DNA of 64,000 bases from Desulfobaccales bacterium (GTDB lineage: Bacteria; Desulfobacterota; Desulfobaccia; Desulfobaccales; 0-14-0-80-60-11). The stretch's first letter is position 1. Every line of letters starts with the position of its first letter. Below the pieces are notes generated by a model that searched no databases, had not been told where the DNA came from, and saw nothing but the letters and a program-made list of their open reading frames with translations. A program made the translations under genes and the position numbers. The stretch lies in NCBI GenBank assembly GCA_037481655.1, contig JBBFLF010000001.1:127052-191051 (forward strand), in the 5' to 3' direction. Positions 9,108 through 18,266 of this stretch are shown here, piece after piece.

Positions 9108-10244
9108 GTGGGGAAGAGGGGTCAGACGGTGGCAGCAGGAGAGGCGACGGCCCCGGCCTGGCGGGAGGTGGCGGAGCTTCTCGCCGCCGGGGTGGGGGAG
9201 GTCTATACCGCCGCCGCGGCGGTGGTGGGGGAGGGAGGGGTGGTGCGCTGGCAGGGGGTCGCCGGGCGCCTGAGTCGCGATCCCCACTCGCCTCCGGCCA
9301 CTTTGGAGGCCGTCTTTGATCTGGCCTCCCTCACCAAGCCCCTGGCCACCGCCTTGGCGGTCCTACTACTTACGCAGGAAGAAAGAGTCAGCCTGGAGGA
9401 GCCCCTGCGGCGCTGGTTTTCCGGGCGCTGGCTGCCGCCGGACAAGGGGGAGCTGACCCTGATGCAGCTTCTCACCCACCGGGCCGGGCTGCCGGCCTGG
9501 CGGCCGCTCTTTCAGGACCTTTTGGAGGCGCCGCCCTCGGCGCGCCCCGGCCTTCTGCCCCGGCTGGCGGCGGCGGTGCCCCTGGAGCACCCTCCGGACA
9601 CCGTCACCCTTTATAGCGACCTGGGCTTCATGATGCTCCAGGGAGTGGTGGAGGAGGTGGCGGGCAGGCCCCTGGACGGGTTTTGTCGGGAAAAGATATA
9701 TGAGCCCCTGGGGCTGCGGCGTCTGGGCTTCAATCCCCGGCGGTGGCCTGGGGGCGATGCCCTCCCCTACGCCGCCACCGAGCCGGGGCTCATCTCCGGG
9801 CGGCCGGCGGCAGGTGAGGTGCACGACGAAAACGCCTGGGCCGCGGGCGGGGTGGCCGGCCATTCCGGGCTTTTCGGCACCGCTGGCGAGGTCTTCTCCC
9901 TGGTGAGTGCCCTGTGGCGGGCCTGGCAGGGAGAGGAGGGAAGTCCTTTCCAGCCGGCTGGGGTGCGCCATTTCCTGAGCCGGCCTCTGGGGGCGGAGCG
10001 GGCTTTGGGCTTTGACTGTCCGCCCGCGCCTCCGGAGTTGGGCGCCGCCGGCCACTATTTCTCCCCGGCCAGCGTGGGGCACCTGGGCTTCACCGGCACC
10101 TCTTTCTGGCTGGAGCCGGAGACCGGCCGGGTGGTGGTGCTCCTCACCAACCGGGTGCACCTGGGGCGGGAGGACAAGGAAAAGATCCAGGCCTTCCGGC
10201 CCCGCTTCCACGACGCCGCCTGCTGGGCCCTGGGCTGTGCCTGA
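9108..10244 (+). CDS. Serine hydrolase, beta-lactamase/transpeptidase-like
   Basis: SLTK (SxxK) nucleophile motif, YSDLGF, GHLGFTGTS. The start is uncertain. GTG 9108 was chosen just after the ddl stop; the track ORF start at 8916 lies inside ddl. Confidence 0.65.
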   Translation: MGKRGQTVAAGEATAPAWREVAELLAAGVGEVYTAAAAVVGEGGVVRWQGVAGRLSRDPHSPPATLEAVFDLASLTKPLATALAVLLLTQEERVSLEEPLRRWFSGRWLPPDKGELTLMQLLTHRAGLPAWRPLFQDLLEAPPSARPGLLPRLAAAVPLEHPPDTVTLYSDLGFMMLQGVVEEVAGRPLDGFCREKIYEPLGLRRLGFNPRRWPGGDALPYAATEPGLISGRPAAGEVHDENAWAAGGVAGHSGLFGTAGEVFSLVSALWRAWQGEEGSPFQPAGVRHFLSRPLGAERALGFDCPPAPPELGAAGHYFSPASVGHLGFTGTSFWLEPETGRVVVLLTNRVHLGREDKEKIQAFRPRFHDAACWALGCA

Positions 10245-10351
10245 GGACCAGCAGGTAATCAGGCTGAAAGACATCCTTATTGGAGGAAGGAGTCCCTGCT
10301 GTGACCGAGTCTCGGGCCGCAACCGCGCCAGCTTCTCCGTCCACGGAGACC

Positions 10352-11767
10352 ATGGCAGAGTCTCCCCGGCACATCCACCTCCTGGGCATCTGCGGCACCG
10401 GCATGGCGGCCCTGGCAGGCATCCTGAAAGAGCAGGGCTACATCGTTACCGGCTCCGATGAACACGTCTATCCCCCCATGAGCACCTTCCTCAGCGGCCT
10501 GGGCCTCACCATCCAGGAGGGCTACCGGCCGGAGAACTTAAAGCCGCCTCCGGACCTGGTGGTGGTGGGGAACGTCATCCGCCGGGAGAACCCCGAGGCT
10601 CAGGCGGTGTTGGCCCAGGGGCTGCCGCACCTGTCGCTGCCTGAGGCCCTCAACCGCTTTCTGGTGAACGGCCGCAAAAGCCTGGTGGTGGCCGGCACCC
10701 ACGGCAAGACCACCACCACCGCGCTGTTGGCCTGGCTCCTTTTTGCCGCGGGCCTGGACCCCGGGTTCATGGTGGGGGGCATCAGCCGCAATTTCGCCAG
10801 CAATTACCGGGTGGGCGCCGGCCCCTATGTGGTGCTGGAGGGGGACGAGTACGACACCGCCTTCTTTGACAAACGCCCCAAGCTGGTGCACTTTCAGCCG
10901 CATCTGGCCATCCTCACCAGCGTGGAGTTCGACCATGCCGACATCTACCCGGACCTGGGGGCGGTGATGCAGGCCTTCCAGGGCTGGGTGGCCGGCCTGG
11001 CTCTGGAGGCCACCCTCTTGGCCTGGGGGGATGCCCCTTTGGTGCGGGAGGTGGCGGGCAACTCCGCCGCCCGGCCAGTCTTTTATGGCTTCGGGGCAGA
11101 CAATGCCTGGCGGGCGGCAGAGGTGCGGCCGGTCTCCGGGGGCATGGCCTTCCGGGTCATCCGGGCCGGGAAAGAGGTGGGCGAGTTTACCGCGCCCTTG
11201 CTGGGCCGGCACAATGTGCTCAACTGCCTGGCGGCGCTGGCGGCCCTGACGGAGCTGGGCGTAAGCCCGGAAGTGCTCAAGGAGGGGCTGGCCGGCTTCC
11301 AGGGAGTGAAAAGGCGCCAGGAGGTGGCCTGCCACTGCCGGGGAATCACGGTCCTGGATGATTTTGCCCATCACCCCACGGCGGTGGCCGCCACCCTGGA
11401 GGCGGTGCGCCAGGGCTTTCCCGGGCGCCGGCTGGTGGCTGCCTTTGAGCCCCGCACCAACACCAGCCGCCGCCGGGTCTTCCAGGCCGATTATGCCCGG
11501 GCCTTTGCCCCGGCCGAGGTGATCCTTGTCCGGGAGCCTCCCGATCTCTGGAAGGTGCCGGAGGGGGAGCGCTTCTCCTCAGAGCAGCTGGCGGCGGACC
11601 TCCGGGCCGGGGGTAAGGAGGCAAGGTATTTCCCCGACACCGACGCCCTGCTGGCCGGGCTGCTGGAGACGCTCAGGCCCGGGGATGTGGTCCTGGTGAT
11701 GTCCAACGGCGATTTTGACCACCTAATACCCCGGCTGTGCGCCGCCCTGGAGGAGGGAGAGGCTTAG
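10352..11767 (+). CDS. mpl: UDP-N-acetylmuramate:L-alanyl-gamma-D-glutamyl-meso-DAP ligase
   Basis: HIHLLGICGTGMAALAGILKEQGY.VTGSD..VYPPMS, VAGTHGKTTTT, LEGDEYDTAFFDK, DDFAHHPTA. Start at ATG 10352. Confidence 0.85.
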   Translation: MAESPRHIHLLGICGTGMAALAGILKEQGYIVTGSDEHVYPPMSTFLSGLGLTIQEGYRPENLKPPPDLVVVGNVIRRENPEAQAVLAQGLPHLSLPEALNRFLVNGRKSLVVAGTHGKTTTTALLAWLLFAAGLDPGFMVGGISRNFASNYRVGAGPYVVLEGDEYDTAFFDKRPKLVHFQPHLAILTSVEFDHADIYPDLGAVMQAFQGWVAGLALEATLLAWGDAPLVREVAGNSAARPVFYGFGADNAWRAAEVRPVSGGMAFRVIRAGKEVGEFTAPLLGRHNVLNCLAALAALTELGVSPEVLKEGLAGFQGVKRRQEVACHCRGITVLDDFAHHPTAVAATLEAVRQGFPGRRLVAAFEPRTNTSRRRVFQADYARAFAPAEVILVREPPDLWKVPEGERFSSEQLAADLRAGGKEARYFPDTDALLAGLLETLRPGDVVLVMSNGDFDHLIPRLCAALEEGEA

Positions 11768-11806
11768 AAGAGGAGAGCTCTGCCCCGGTGGGCTGCCGCC
11801 TGAGTC

Positions 11807-11982
11807 AAGGGGCTGGGGAGAGGGTGCGGGAGCAGGGCAGGGGCTATACTCCTTGCCCCCCCTCCCGGGCGCGTGGCATCCTCGTAAACCCCCCGCCCTT
11901 TCCTCAGACTCCCTTCCAACCCCCATTAGGGTGGGAAAAAGGGTCCGGGCGAAGCGGGCAGGGGACCGGATTTCCCGGCCCC
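11807..11982. repeat. About 1.5 tandem copies of the element family
   Basis: AAGGGGCTGGGGAGAGGGT + GCGGGAGCAGGGCAGGGG..CCTTGCCCCCCCTCCCGGGC, then CCTCAGACTCCCTTCCAACCCCCATTAGGGTGGGAAAAAGGGT + GGGCAGGGGACC..GGCCCCTTCTCCCCCC. Confidence 0.7.
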
Positions 11983-11992
11983 TTCTCCCCCC

Positions 11993-12616
11993 TTACTCCA
12001 CTACCTGATACCCGTCCTCCGGGGTGATGGTGGCAAAGTAATAAGGCGGCCCCACCTCCTCTTTTGCCGCCGCCATCTTCTCCAGAAATTCCCGGCTCAG
12101 GGCCACCAAGGCCGGCAGGTCGCTCCCCGCCGCCAAGGCCTTAAAGAGCCGCATCTCCATCCCCAGGTTCCGGGGCATGACCACCAGGTTGCCCACCGGC
12201 ATGGGGTGCAAGGGCTCCCCTTCGTCGCTTCCCAGGAGCAGCAGGCGGTAACCCGGCGGGGGCAGGACCGGACTGAAGCCCCCCAGGATGAAGTAGACGC
12301 GTTTCAGTTCCCCTTCCCGGGGCGGATGGGCCGTCTGGTGCTTGACCACCCCCTGGCGGAGAAAGGCGGCGGCAAAATCAAAGACGTCCTCCAGATCCTC
12401 CAGCCCCCGGCGGCGGGAGATCTCCCGGGCCAGCACCTGGGACAGGGGCACGCTCACCCCGGCGCCCCCGCTTAGGATGGCGCTATAGCGGGTCAGGGGG
12501 AAGAGCTTGTTGACCACGAAATACTCCGGCTCCTCCTCGCCCCGGAAGCGGGTGGCCCGGGAGTCGGTGGCGAAAAACAGGCCATGTTCATTGAAACCGG
12601 CCAGGGCCTGGGTCAT
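11993..12616 (-). CDS. Proteasome beta-subunit-like Ntn hydrolase (orphan; not HslV-like)
   Basis: N-terminus M-TQALAGFNEHGLFFATDSRAT fits the beta-subunit pattern T1...D17(S/T)RAT with no propeptide. NKLFPL supplies a Lys33-equivalent after a 3-residue insertion. ILSGGAG matches the GxxAGxA block. GGAGGTG RBS is present, and the start forms an ATGA overlap with the GH13 stop. Confidence 0.55.
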   Translation of the reverse strand: MTQALAGFNEHGLFFATDSRATRFRGEEEPEYFVVNKLFPLTRYSAILSGGAGVSVPLSQVLAREISRRRGLEDLEDVFDFAAAFLRQGVVKHQTAHPPREGELKRVYFILGGFSPVLPPPGYRLLLLGSDEGEPLHPMPVGNLVVMPRNLGMEMRLFKALAAGSDLPALVALSREFLEKMAAAKEEVGPPYYFATITPEDGYQVVE

Positions 12617-13929
12617 GGGTTCACCTCCGGAGGCGTAAGCGGCGGCAGCGCCGGGTGGTAAAAGAGCCGCACCTCATAGGGCGCCAGGGTCAGGGGGCCC
12701 GCGGCCGGCCAGGGAACCGGGGCCCGCTCCGGGGTGAGCTCCCGCCACTCGCCGGGGCTTCCCCCCGCTGCCGCGGGGAAGGCCGGCACTTCCGCAGCCT
12801 CTGCCCCGGGGTTGATGACCGCCAGCACCCTGCCTGCCCCCTCATCCTGACTCTTCAGGAGCAGCACCGGCACCTCGCCTGCGGAGTTGAGGCGGACTTG
12901 CGGCCCTTCCGTCAGGAGCACCGGGCAGCCCGCCTTCAGGGCGTGGGTGGCGGCGATGAACTCCGTGAGATCATAGGTGGGCTCCTCCCAGTCCTCGGGG
13001 CGGGTGTGCACCACGTGCAGATGCTTCTTGAAGCCGAACTCATACCCCACCGGCATCATCAGGCCGGTGGAGAAGTAGGCGGCGAAGAGATAACGCTGTT
13101 TGGCCACCGCCGGGTTGCCGCCGCTTTCGGCGCTGAGCCGGGGGGTGTCGTGGGTCTCGGGGAAGCTCACCGACGGGGCCACGCGGCGGAAGAGCTCGTA
13201 CTGCTCCAGGCACCATTCCGCCTGAAAATCCCACCATTTGGAGCTGTTGTAGAGGAAATCAAAGCCCGCCTCCGCCAGTTGGGTGCACTCCTCGAGCCGG
13301 CAGCCCAGGGTCTCGGCGAAAAACTGCACTTCGGGCTCCAGGCTTTTGGCCTCGGTAATCAGGCGCTGCCAGAACCAGCCCGGGATCTTGTAAGCCGCAT
13401 CGGCCCGGAAGCCTGCAAAACCCAGGCGCAGATAGAAGGAGACCACCTGATCCCAGAAGTGGAGGAGCCCCTCGGGGTCGGGGACCGGCCAGTAGGCCAG
13501 CTCCGCCAGGTCCCCCCAGATGGTCACCCGGGTGGCATCCGCCGGGTCAATGCACCCCGGATTCTTGATGCTGCCGTCAGGGTTTTTGGCATACCACTCC
13601 GGGTGCTGCGCCACCAAGGGCGCATCAATGGCGGTGTGATTGATGACCAAATCCAGCATTACCCGGAGGCCCCGCTCCCGGGCGGCGGCCAGAAAATCCC
13701 GCAGGGCCTCCATGGGGTCGGAACCGTCCTCAGGCCAGAAGCGGGGGTTGATGCCGAAGTAGTCCTTCACCGCATACAGGCTGCCGGAGAGGCCAGGGGT
13801 ATGGATGGGGTTGAGGTAGATCCAGGTGAAGCCCATGCCGGCAATGCGCTCCAGGTGTGGGTGCCAGCGGTTGATGGGGCCTACCAGCAGCGGAAAGAGA
13901 TTGTAAATCAAAGTCGGGGGCATGAACAC
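12613..13929 (-). CDS. GH13 alpha-amylase-family protein, short GlgE-like (maltosyltransferase-like catalytic core)
   Basis: GFTWIYLNPIH, DLVINHTA, HPEWY...NPDGSI, GFRADAAYKIP..FW, FFAETLG, FPETHD resemble the GlgE catalytic domain without its N-terminal domains. Confidence 0.75.
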   Translation of the reverse strand: MFMPPTLIYNLFPLLVGPINRWHPHLERIAGMGFTWIYLNPIHTPGLSGSLYAVKDYFGINPRFWPEDGSDPMEALRDFLAAARERGLRVMLDLVINHTAIDAPLVAQHPEWYAKNPDGSIKNPGCIDPADATRVTIWGDLAELAYWPVPDPEGLLHFWDQVVSFYLRLGFAGFRADAAYKIPGWFWQRLITEAKSLEPEVQFFAETLGCRLEECTQLAEAGFDFLYNSSKWWDFQAEWCLEQYELFRRVAPSVSFPETHDTPRLSAESGGNPAVAKQRYLFAAYFSTGLMMPVGYEFGFKKHLHVVHTRPEDWEEPTYDLTEFIAATHALKAGCPVLLTEGPQVRLNSAGEVPVLLLKSQDEGAGRVLAVINPGAEAAEVPAFPAAAGGSPGEWRELTPERAPVPWPAAGPLTLAPYEVRLFYHPALPPLTPPEVNP

Positions 13930-13992
13930 CTCGTCAGGATCATCTGGCCGACGACCTTACCTTCGCGCCAATTTAAAGGGGAGGGAAGGGCT

Positions 13993-14841
13993 TCACGGCC
14001 ACAGGCTGAAGAAAGTGGCGCCGCAGAGTATTAGCCCCACCAGACCGTTCAAGGTGAAAAAGGCGTGGTGCAAGCGGGAGAGGTCGTGGGGCGAAAGCAA
14101 CCGATGCTCCCAGAGAAGAAAGGCCCCGGCCAGCAGGGCGGCGGCCAGGTACAGCCGCCCCAGCCCCGCAAGCAACCCGGTGGCCACAAAGCCCAAGGCG
14201 GCCAGCGCATGAAAAACCTGGGCCAAGCGCATGGCCCGGACCCGTCCCACCTTCACCGGCAAGGAGTAAAGCCCCACCTGGCGGTCGAAGTCCTCGTCCT
14301 GCAGGGCATAGAGCACATCAAAGCCCGCCACCCAGAAGGTCACGGACACTCCCAAAACCAGGGGCGTCAGGGCCAGGCTGCCGGTGACCGCCAGCCAGCC
14401 CGCCACCGGCGCCAAGCCCAGGGCCGCACCGAGGAAGAGGTGGGAATAGGCGGTGAAACGCTTGGTATAAGAGTAAAACAGAATCACCCCCAAGGCCGGG
14501 AAAGAGAGCCACAGACACAGGCGGTTCAGCTGCCCGGCGGCGAAGATGAACAGGGCGGCGCTGGCCAGGGTGAAAAGCCAGGCGGCCCGGCGACTGATGA
14601 GCCCGGCAGGCAGCGCCCGGTCCCGGGTGCGGGGGTTGCGGGCGTCAAATTCATGGTCCGCCAGCCGGTTGAAGGCCATGGCGGCGCTTCTTGCCCCCAC
14701 CATGGCCAGAAGAATGAAGAAAGCCTGACGGCCGCTGGGGAGCCCTCGGGCACCCATGAGCGCCCCCATGAAGGCAAAAGGGAGCGCAAAGACTGTGTGC
14801 TGAATCTTGATCATCTCCAAAAGAATCCACAACCGCCGCAT
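13993..14841 (-). CDS. ubiA: UbiA-family aromatic prenyltransferase (MqnP-type by context)
   Basis: IKIQHTVFALPFAF, NRLADHEFDARNPRT..R, multiple TM segments, YALQDEDFD second Asp-rich motif. Start at ATG 14841, because upstream of it lies a repeat element. Confidence 0.85.
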   Translation of the reverse strand: MRRLWILLEMIKIQHTVFALPFAFMGALMGARGLPSGRQAFFILLAMVGARSAAMAFNRLADHEFDARNPRTRDRALPAGLISRRAAWLFTLASAALFIFAAGQLNRLCLWLSFPALGVILFYSYTKRFTAYSHLFLGAALGLAPVAGWLAVTGSLALTPLVLGVSVTFWVAGFDVLYALQDEDFDRQVGLYSLPVKVGRVRAMRLAQVFHALAALGFVATGLLAGLGRLYLAAALLAGAFLLWEHRLLSPHDLSRLHHAFFTLNGLVGLILCGATFFSLWP

Positions 14842-14867
14842 AGCCAACTCGTAGCATGGATTTGTGG

Positions 14868-15060
14868 GGGGGAGGGCCAGGGAGTGAGACTCCCTGCCCT
14901 CCCCCCACACACCCCTCCCAACCCTTTATGTTCGCCTGGAAGGCGGGCATTTGGCCCGCCTTCCAGGCGAAAAATTTTGACTTAAGAGATTCTGATGCGG
15001 TGAATGGTAAGGGCCACTGGCCCTTAGCCCCCTCCCCCACCTGCCTCTGATTCCCCCCAT
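14868..15060. repeat. Degenerate element copy carrying an inserted perfect 17-bp hairpin
   Basis: HP1 GTGGGGGGGAGGGCCAGGGAGT-gaga-CTCCCTGCCCTCCCCCCAC, then the left arm CCCCTCCCAACCCTTTA. The inserted hairpin TCGCCTGGAAGGCGGGC-atttg-GCCCGCCTTCCAGGCGA (14932-14970) follows. The right side is degenerate. Confidence 0.65.
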
Positions 15061-15608
15061 CTCTTGGTCAGCTGGTGCTCCAGCCCCAGGTAATCCAGGA
15101 TGCGGCCCACGAAGCTTTGGGCCAGGTCCGTCAGGGTGCGGGGGTGATGGTAGAAAGCGGGCATGGCCGGGAAGATGGCCGCGCCCGCCTCCGCCGCCAG
15201 AAGCAGATTGCGCAAATGCACCCGGCTCAGAGGGGTCTCCCGCACCGCCAGCACCAGGGGGCGGCCCTCTTTGAGGGTGACCTCCGCCGCCCGGTGCACC
15301 AGGTGGCGGGCGGTGCCGTGGGCAATGGCCGCCAGCGACCCCATGGTGCAGGGGATGACCACCATGGCCCGCACCACAAAAGAGCCGCTGGCGATGGGCG
15401 CAAAGAAATCCCCGGGGTCGTGCAGCACCGCCCGGGGCCCGGCCAGCTCCCGGAGGCTCAGCCCCAGCTCATGACGCAGCACCTGCACCCCGGCCTCCGA
15501 GGCCACCACATGGGCCTCCAGGTCCGGGCGGCCTTGGAAATAACCCAGCAGCTCCCGGGCATAGAGCATGCCGCTGGCCCCGGTGATGCCGATGATGTAG
15601 CGGTTCAT
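15024..15608 (-). CDS. ubiX: Flavin prenyltransferase UbiX family
   Basis: MNRYIIGITGASG..YA, VVIPCTMGSLAAIAHG, VLAVRETPL. Start at ATG 15608. Confidence 0.9.
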   Translation of the reverse strand: MNRYIIGITGASGMLYARELLGYFQGRPDLEAHVVASEAGVQVLRHELGLSLRELAGPRAVLHDPGDFFAPIASGSFVVRAMVVIPCTMGSLAAIAHGTARHLVHRAAEVTLKEGRPLVLAVRETPLSRVHLRNLLLAAEAGAAIFPAMPAFYHHPRTLTDLAQSFVGRILDYLGLEHQLTKRWGESEAGGGGG

Positions 15609-15639
15609 GATGGTTTCCTTCAGTTTGTTCTTGGTGGTT

Positions 15640-15814
15640 GAGGGGAGGACCGGGGGACCGATGGCCCCCCGCCCTCCCCTCACACTCCCCTCCCAACCCC
15701 CCTTAATTTGGAAAACCGAGGCTTAAGCCTCGATTCACGCCGGAAAATATACGGGGTTGGGGGAGGGAGTCTGAGGGAGGGGGGAGGGGCCTGCGGTCCC
15801 TCGCCCCCTCCCTC
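15640..15814. repeat. Full element copy with a ~48-nt insertion at the central TTAA
   Basis: HP1 GAGGGGAGGACCGGGGG..CCCCCCGCCCTCCCCTC. The central arms CTCCCCTCCCAACCCCCCTTAA ... ACGGGGTTGGGGGAGGGAG are separated by tttggaaaaccgaggcttaagcctcgattcacgccggaaaatat. HP3 GAGGGAGGGGGGAGGGGCC..CCCTCGCCCCCTCCCTC. Confidence 0.75.
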
Positions 15815-15821
15815 AGCACCT

Positions 15822-17270
15822 TCACTCCAGCCCCAGGTGGGGCCAGAGGTCGTCCACCTTCTTTCGTATTTCCGGGCTCATTTCGATGACTGCCGGCCAT
15901 TCCCGGGTGAAGCCCTCCTCCGGCCACTTGCGGGTGCAGTCGATCCCCATCTTGGAGCCGTAGTGGGGGAGCGGCGAGGCGTGGTCCAGGGCGTCCACCG
16001 GTCCGTCCACGAAGACCACATCCCGGCGGGGGTCCACATTGTTTCCCAGGCGCCACAGCACCTGGCTCATGTCCTGGACGTCCACCTCCTTGTCGAAGAT
16101 GAGGATGATCTTGGTGAACATCATCTGTCCCAGGCCCCACAGGGCGTGCATCACCTTGCGGGCGTGGCCGGGGTAGCGCTTGTCGATGCTGATGCAGGCC
16201 AGGTTGTGGAACACCCCCTCCACCGGCAGGTTCATGTCGACAATCTCCGGCAGGGTCTTTTGGATGAGGGGCAGGAAGATGCGCTCCGTGGCCTTGGCCA
16301 TGAAGCAGTCCTCCATGGGCGGCCGCCCCACGATGGTGGCGGGGTAGATGGGCCGGCGCCGCATGGTCACCGCCTGCACGTGGAAGACCGGGTACTCATC
16401 CGGGAGGGAATAGTAGCCGGTGTGGTCGCCGAAGGGGCCCTCCACCCGGCGCTCGCCGGGCTCGACGTAGCCTTCGAGGACGATCTGGGAGCTGGCCGGC
16501 ACCTGCAGGGGAATGGTGAGGCAAGAGACCATCTCCACCGGCCCCTGGCGCAAAAACCCGGCGAAGATGATCTCGTCCAGATCCTCGGGCAAGGGCGCGG
16601 TGGCGGCGTAAGTGACGGCCGGGTCCGGCCCGATGGCCACCGCCACCGGGAGGCGCTCCCCTCTCTGCTCTGCCACCCGGTAGTGCTGCGCTCCCCCTTT
16701 GTGCCGGTGCCAGTGCATGCCGGTGGTGTTTTTGTCAAAGACCTGCAGGCGATACATACCCACGTTGCGTTTGCCGGTCTCCGGGTGGTGGGTGATGACC
16801 ACCGGCAGGGTGATGAAGGGGCCGCCATCCCCCGGCCAGCAAGTGAGGACGGGGATTTTGCTTAAGTCCACCTCCTCTCCTTGGAAAACCACCTCCTGGC
16901 AGGGGGCCCGGGAGACGGTCCTGGGGAAGATGTTGGCCAGGCGGGCCAGCTTGGGAAGGAGCTTCAGCTTCTTGATGAGGGTGTCCGGGGCCTCCGCCTC
17001 CAGAAAGGTGAGGATCTCTTTGGCGATGTCCTCCAGGCTCTCCACCTCCAGGGCCAGGCACATGCGGCGCATGGACCCGAAGGCGTTCATCAACACCGGC
17101 ATGTCATAGCCGGGGACATTCTCAAAGAGCAGGGCGGGGCCGCCCCGTTTGCAGACCCGGTCGGTGATTTCAGTGATCTCCAGATACGGGCTCACCGGCT
17201 CGGTGATGCGTTTGAGCTCGCCCTTTGCTTCCAGGACTTCGATGAAATGGTTGAGGCTACGATAGCCCAT
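15822..17270 (-). CDS. ubiD: UbiD-family (prenyl-FMN dependent) decarboxylase
   Basis: 482 aa. LFENV.GY, FITLP.VIT..PETG.RN.GMYR.Q, EGPFGDHTGYY. Confidence 0.9.
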   Translation of the reverse strand: MGYRSLNHFIEVLEAKGELKRITEPVSPYLEITEITDRVCKRGGPALLFENVPGYDMPVLMNAFGSMRRMCLALEVESLEDIAKEILTFLEAEAPDTLIKKLKLLPKLARLANIFPRTVSRAPCQEVVFQGEEVDLSKIPVLTCWPGDGGPFITLPVVITHHPETGKRNVGMYRLQVFDKNTTGMHWHRHKGGAQHYRVAEQRGERLPVAVAIGPDPAVTYAATAPLPEDLDEIIFAGFLRQGPVEMVSCLTIPLQVPASSQIVLEGYVEPGERRVEGPFGDHTGYYSLPDEYPVFHVQAVTMRRRPIYPATIVGRPPMEDCFMAKATERIFLPLIQKTLPEIVDMNLPVEGVFHNLACISIDKRYPGHARKVMHALWGLGQMMFTKIILIFDKEVDVQDMSQVLWRLGNNVDPRRDVVFVDGPVDALDHASPLPHYGSKMGIDCTRKWPEEGFTREWPAVIEMSPEIRKKVDDLWPHLGLE

Positions 17271-17315
17271 CTGTTTTCCTTCCGTTATCGGGAGCGATGG
17301 CGCTTCTGCTGGTCC

Positions 17316-17442
17316 GGGGGATGGGGGCGCAATGGCTACCCCGCCCTCTCCTCAGACTCCCCTCCCAATCCCCTTTAAGGGGTTGGGGGAGAGGGCTTGG
17401 GAGAGGGGGCAGGGGCCGTCGGCACCTGGCCCCCTCTCCCAA
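17316..17442. repeat. Full element copy
   Basis: Central CTCAGACTCCCCTCCCAATCCCCTTTAAGGGGTTGGGGGAGAGGG, then GGGAGAGGGGGCAGGGGCC-gtcg-GCACCTGGCCCCCTCTCCC. Confidence 0.8.
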
Positions 17443-17444
17443 CA

Positions 17445-18266
17445 TCATACAAAAAGCAATTCCGGCATCTCTGTCAGGTGCCCCAGGCGGTGAAGGTAGC
17501 GGTAGAAGGCCATCAGGCCCTCCTGCTGGCGGGGCCCCAAATCATAGTTCAGGCGCCGGAAATAGTCCTGCAGCTCCGCCGGGCTCATCTCCACCCGGTT
17601 GGCGGCCAGGCGGCAGATCTCCGGGAGGTGCGCCAGCCCCAGGGCCTTGCTCTGCAAAAGGAAGTGCACCAGCTCCCGGACTTTCTCCGGCGCGGTCTGG
17701 GCCACCTGGCGGCGCACCGCCCAGAGCCCGAAGACAAAGGGGAGGCCGGTGAGCTCGTGCCAGGCCCGGCCCAGGTCGAGGAAATAGGGGTAACGGCCGC
17801 TGGCCTTGAGTTTCAGGGCCTCATCGCCGATGGCCAGGAGAGCGTAGACGCCGTCCGGCAACTCCGTGGTCACCGGCGCGCTGCGGTAAAACGGGCGGGC
17901 GCCATACAGTTCATACAGGAGGATGCGGGTGAGGGCGGCGGAGGTGGCGGAGGCCTCGCTCAGGCGCACCTCCCGGCCAGTAAGGCGGTGGAAGGGCACC
18001 CGGCTGAAGAGGAGCACGCTTCCCACATCCCCCTCAGTGCTGATGGACAGGTCCGGCACCAGGTAATACTGCCGGAAATTGCGGGCGTATTCCACCGAGG
18101 AGACGGCGCTCACGTCCACCTCCCCGGCGGCCAGCCGGGCGTTGAGTTCCGCCGGGGTGCCGGAGACCACCGCCAGGCCGTTTTCCAGATAGCCCATCTC
18201 CAGGGCAAAATAGATGGGCAGGACGTTGATATAGCGGATGCGCCCCAAACGCAGGCCCCCACTCAT
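17445..18266 (-). CDS. mqnA: Chorismate dehydratase MqnA
   Basis: LRLGRIRYINVLPIYFAL, SGTPAELN..L..GEVD.S..SS.EY, PFVFGLWA. Confidence 0.85.
   Translation of the reverse strand: MSGGLRLGRIRYINVLPIYFALEMGYLENGLAVVSGTPAELNARLAAGEVDVSAVSSVEYARNFRQYYLVPDLSISTEGDVGSVLLFSRVPFHRLTGREVRLSEASATSAALTRILLYELYGARPFYRSAPVTTELPDGVYALLAIGDEALKLKASGRYPYFLDLGRAWHELTGLPFVFGLWAVRRQVAQTAPEKVRELVHFLLQSKALGLAHLPEICRLAANRVEMSPAELQDYFRRLNYDLGPRQQEGLMAFYRYLHRLGHLTEMPELLFV

Noticed and set aside
15708-16865. 385-aa plus-strand ORF
   Set aside because: It is antisense to the UbiD-family gene, and its 5' part lies in a repeat element.
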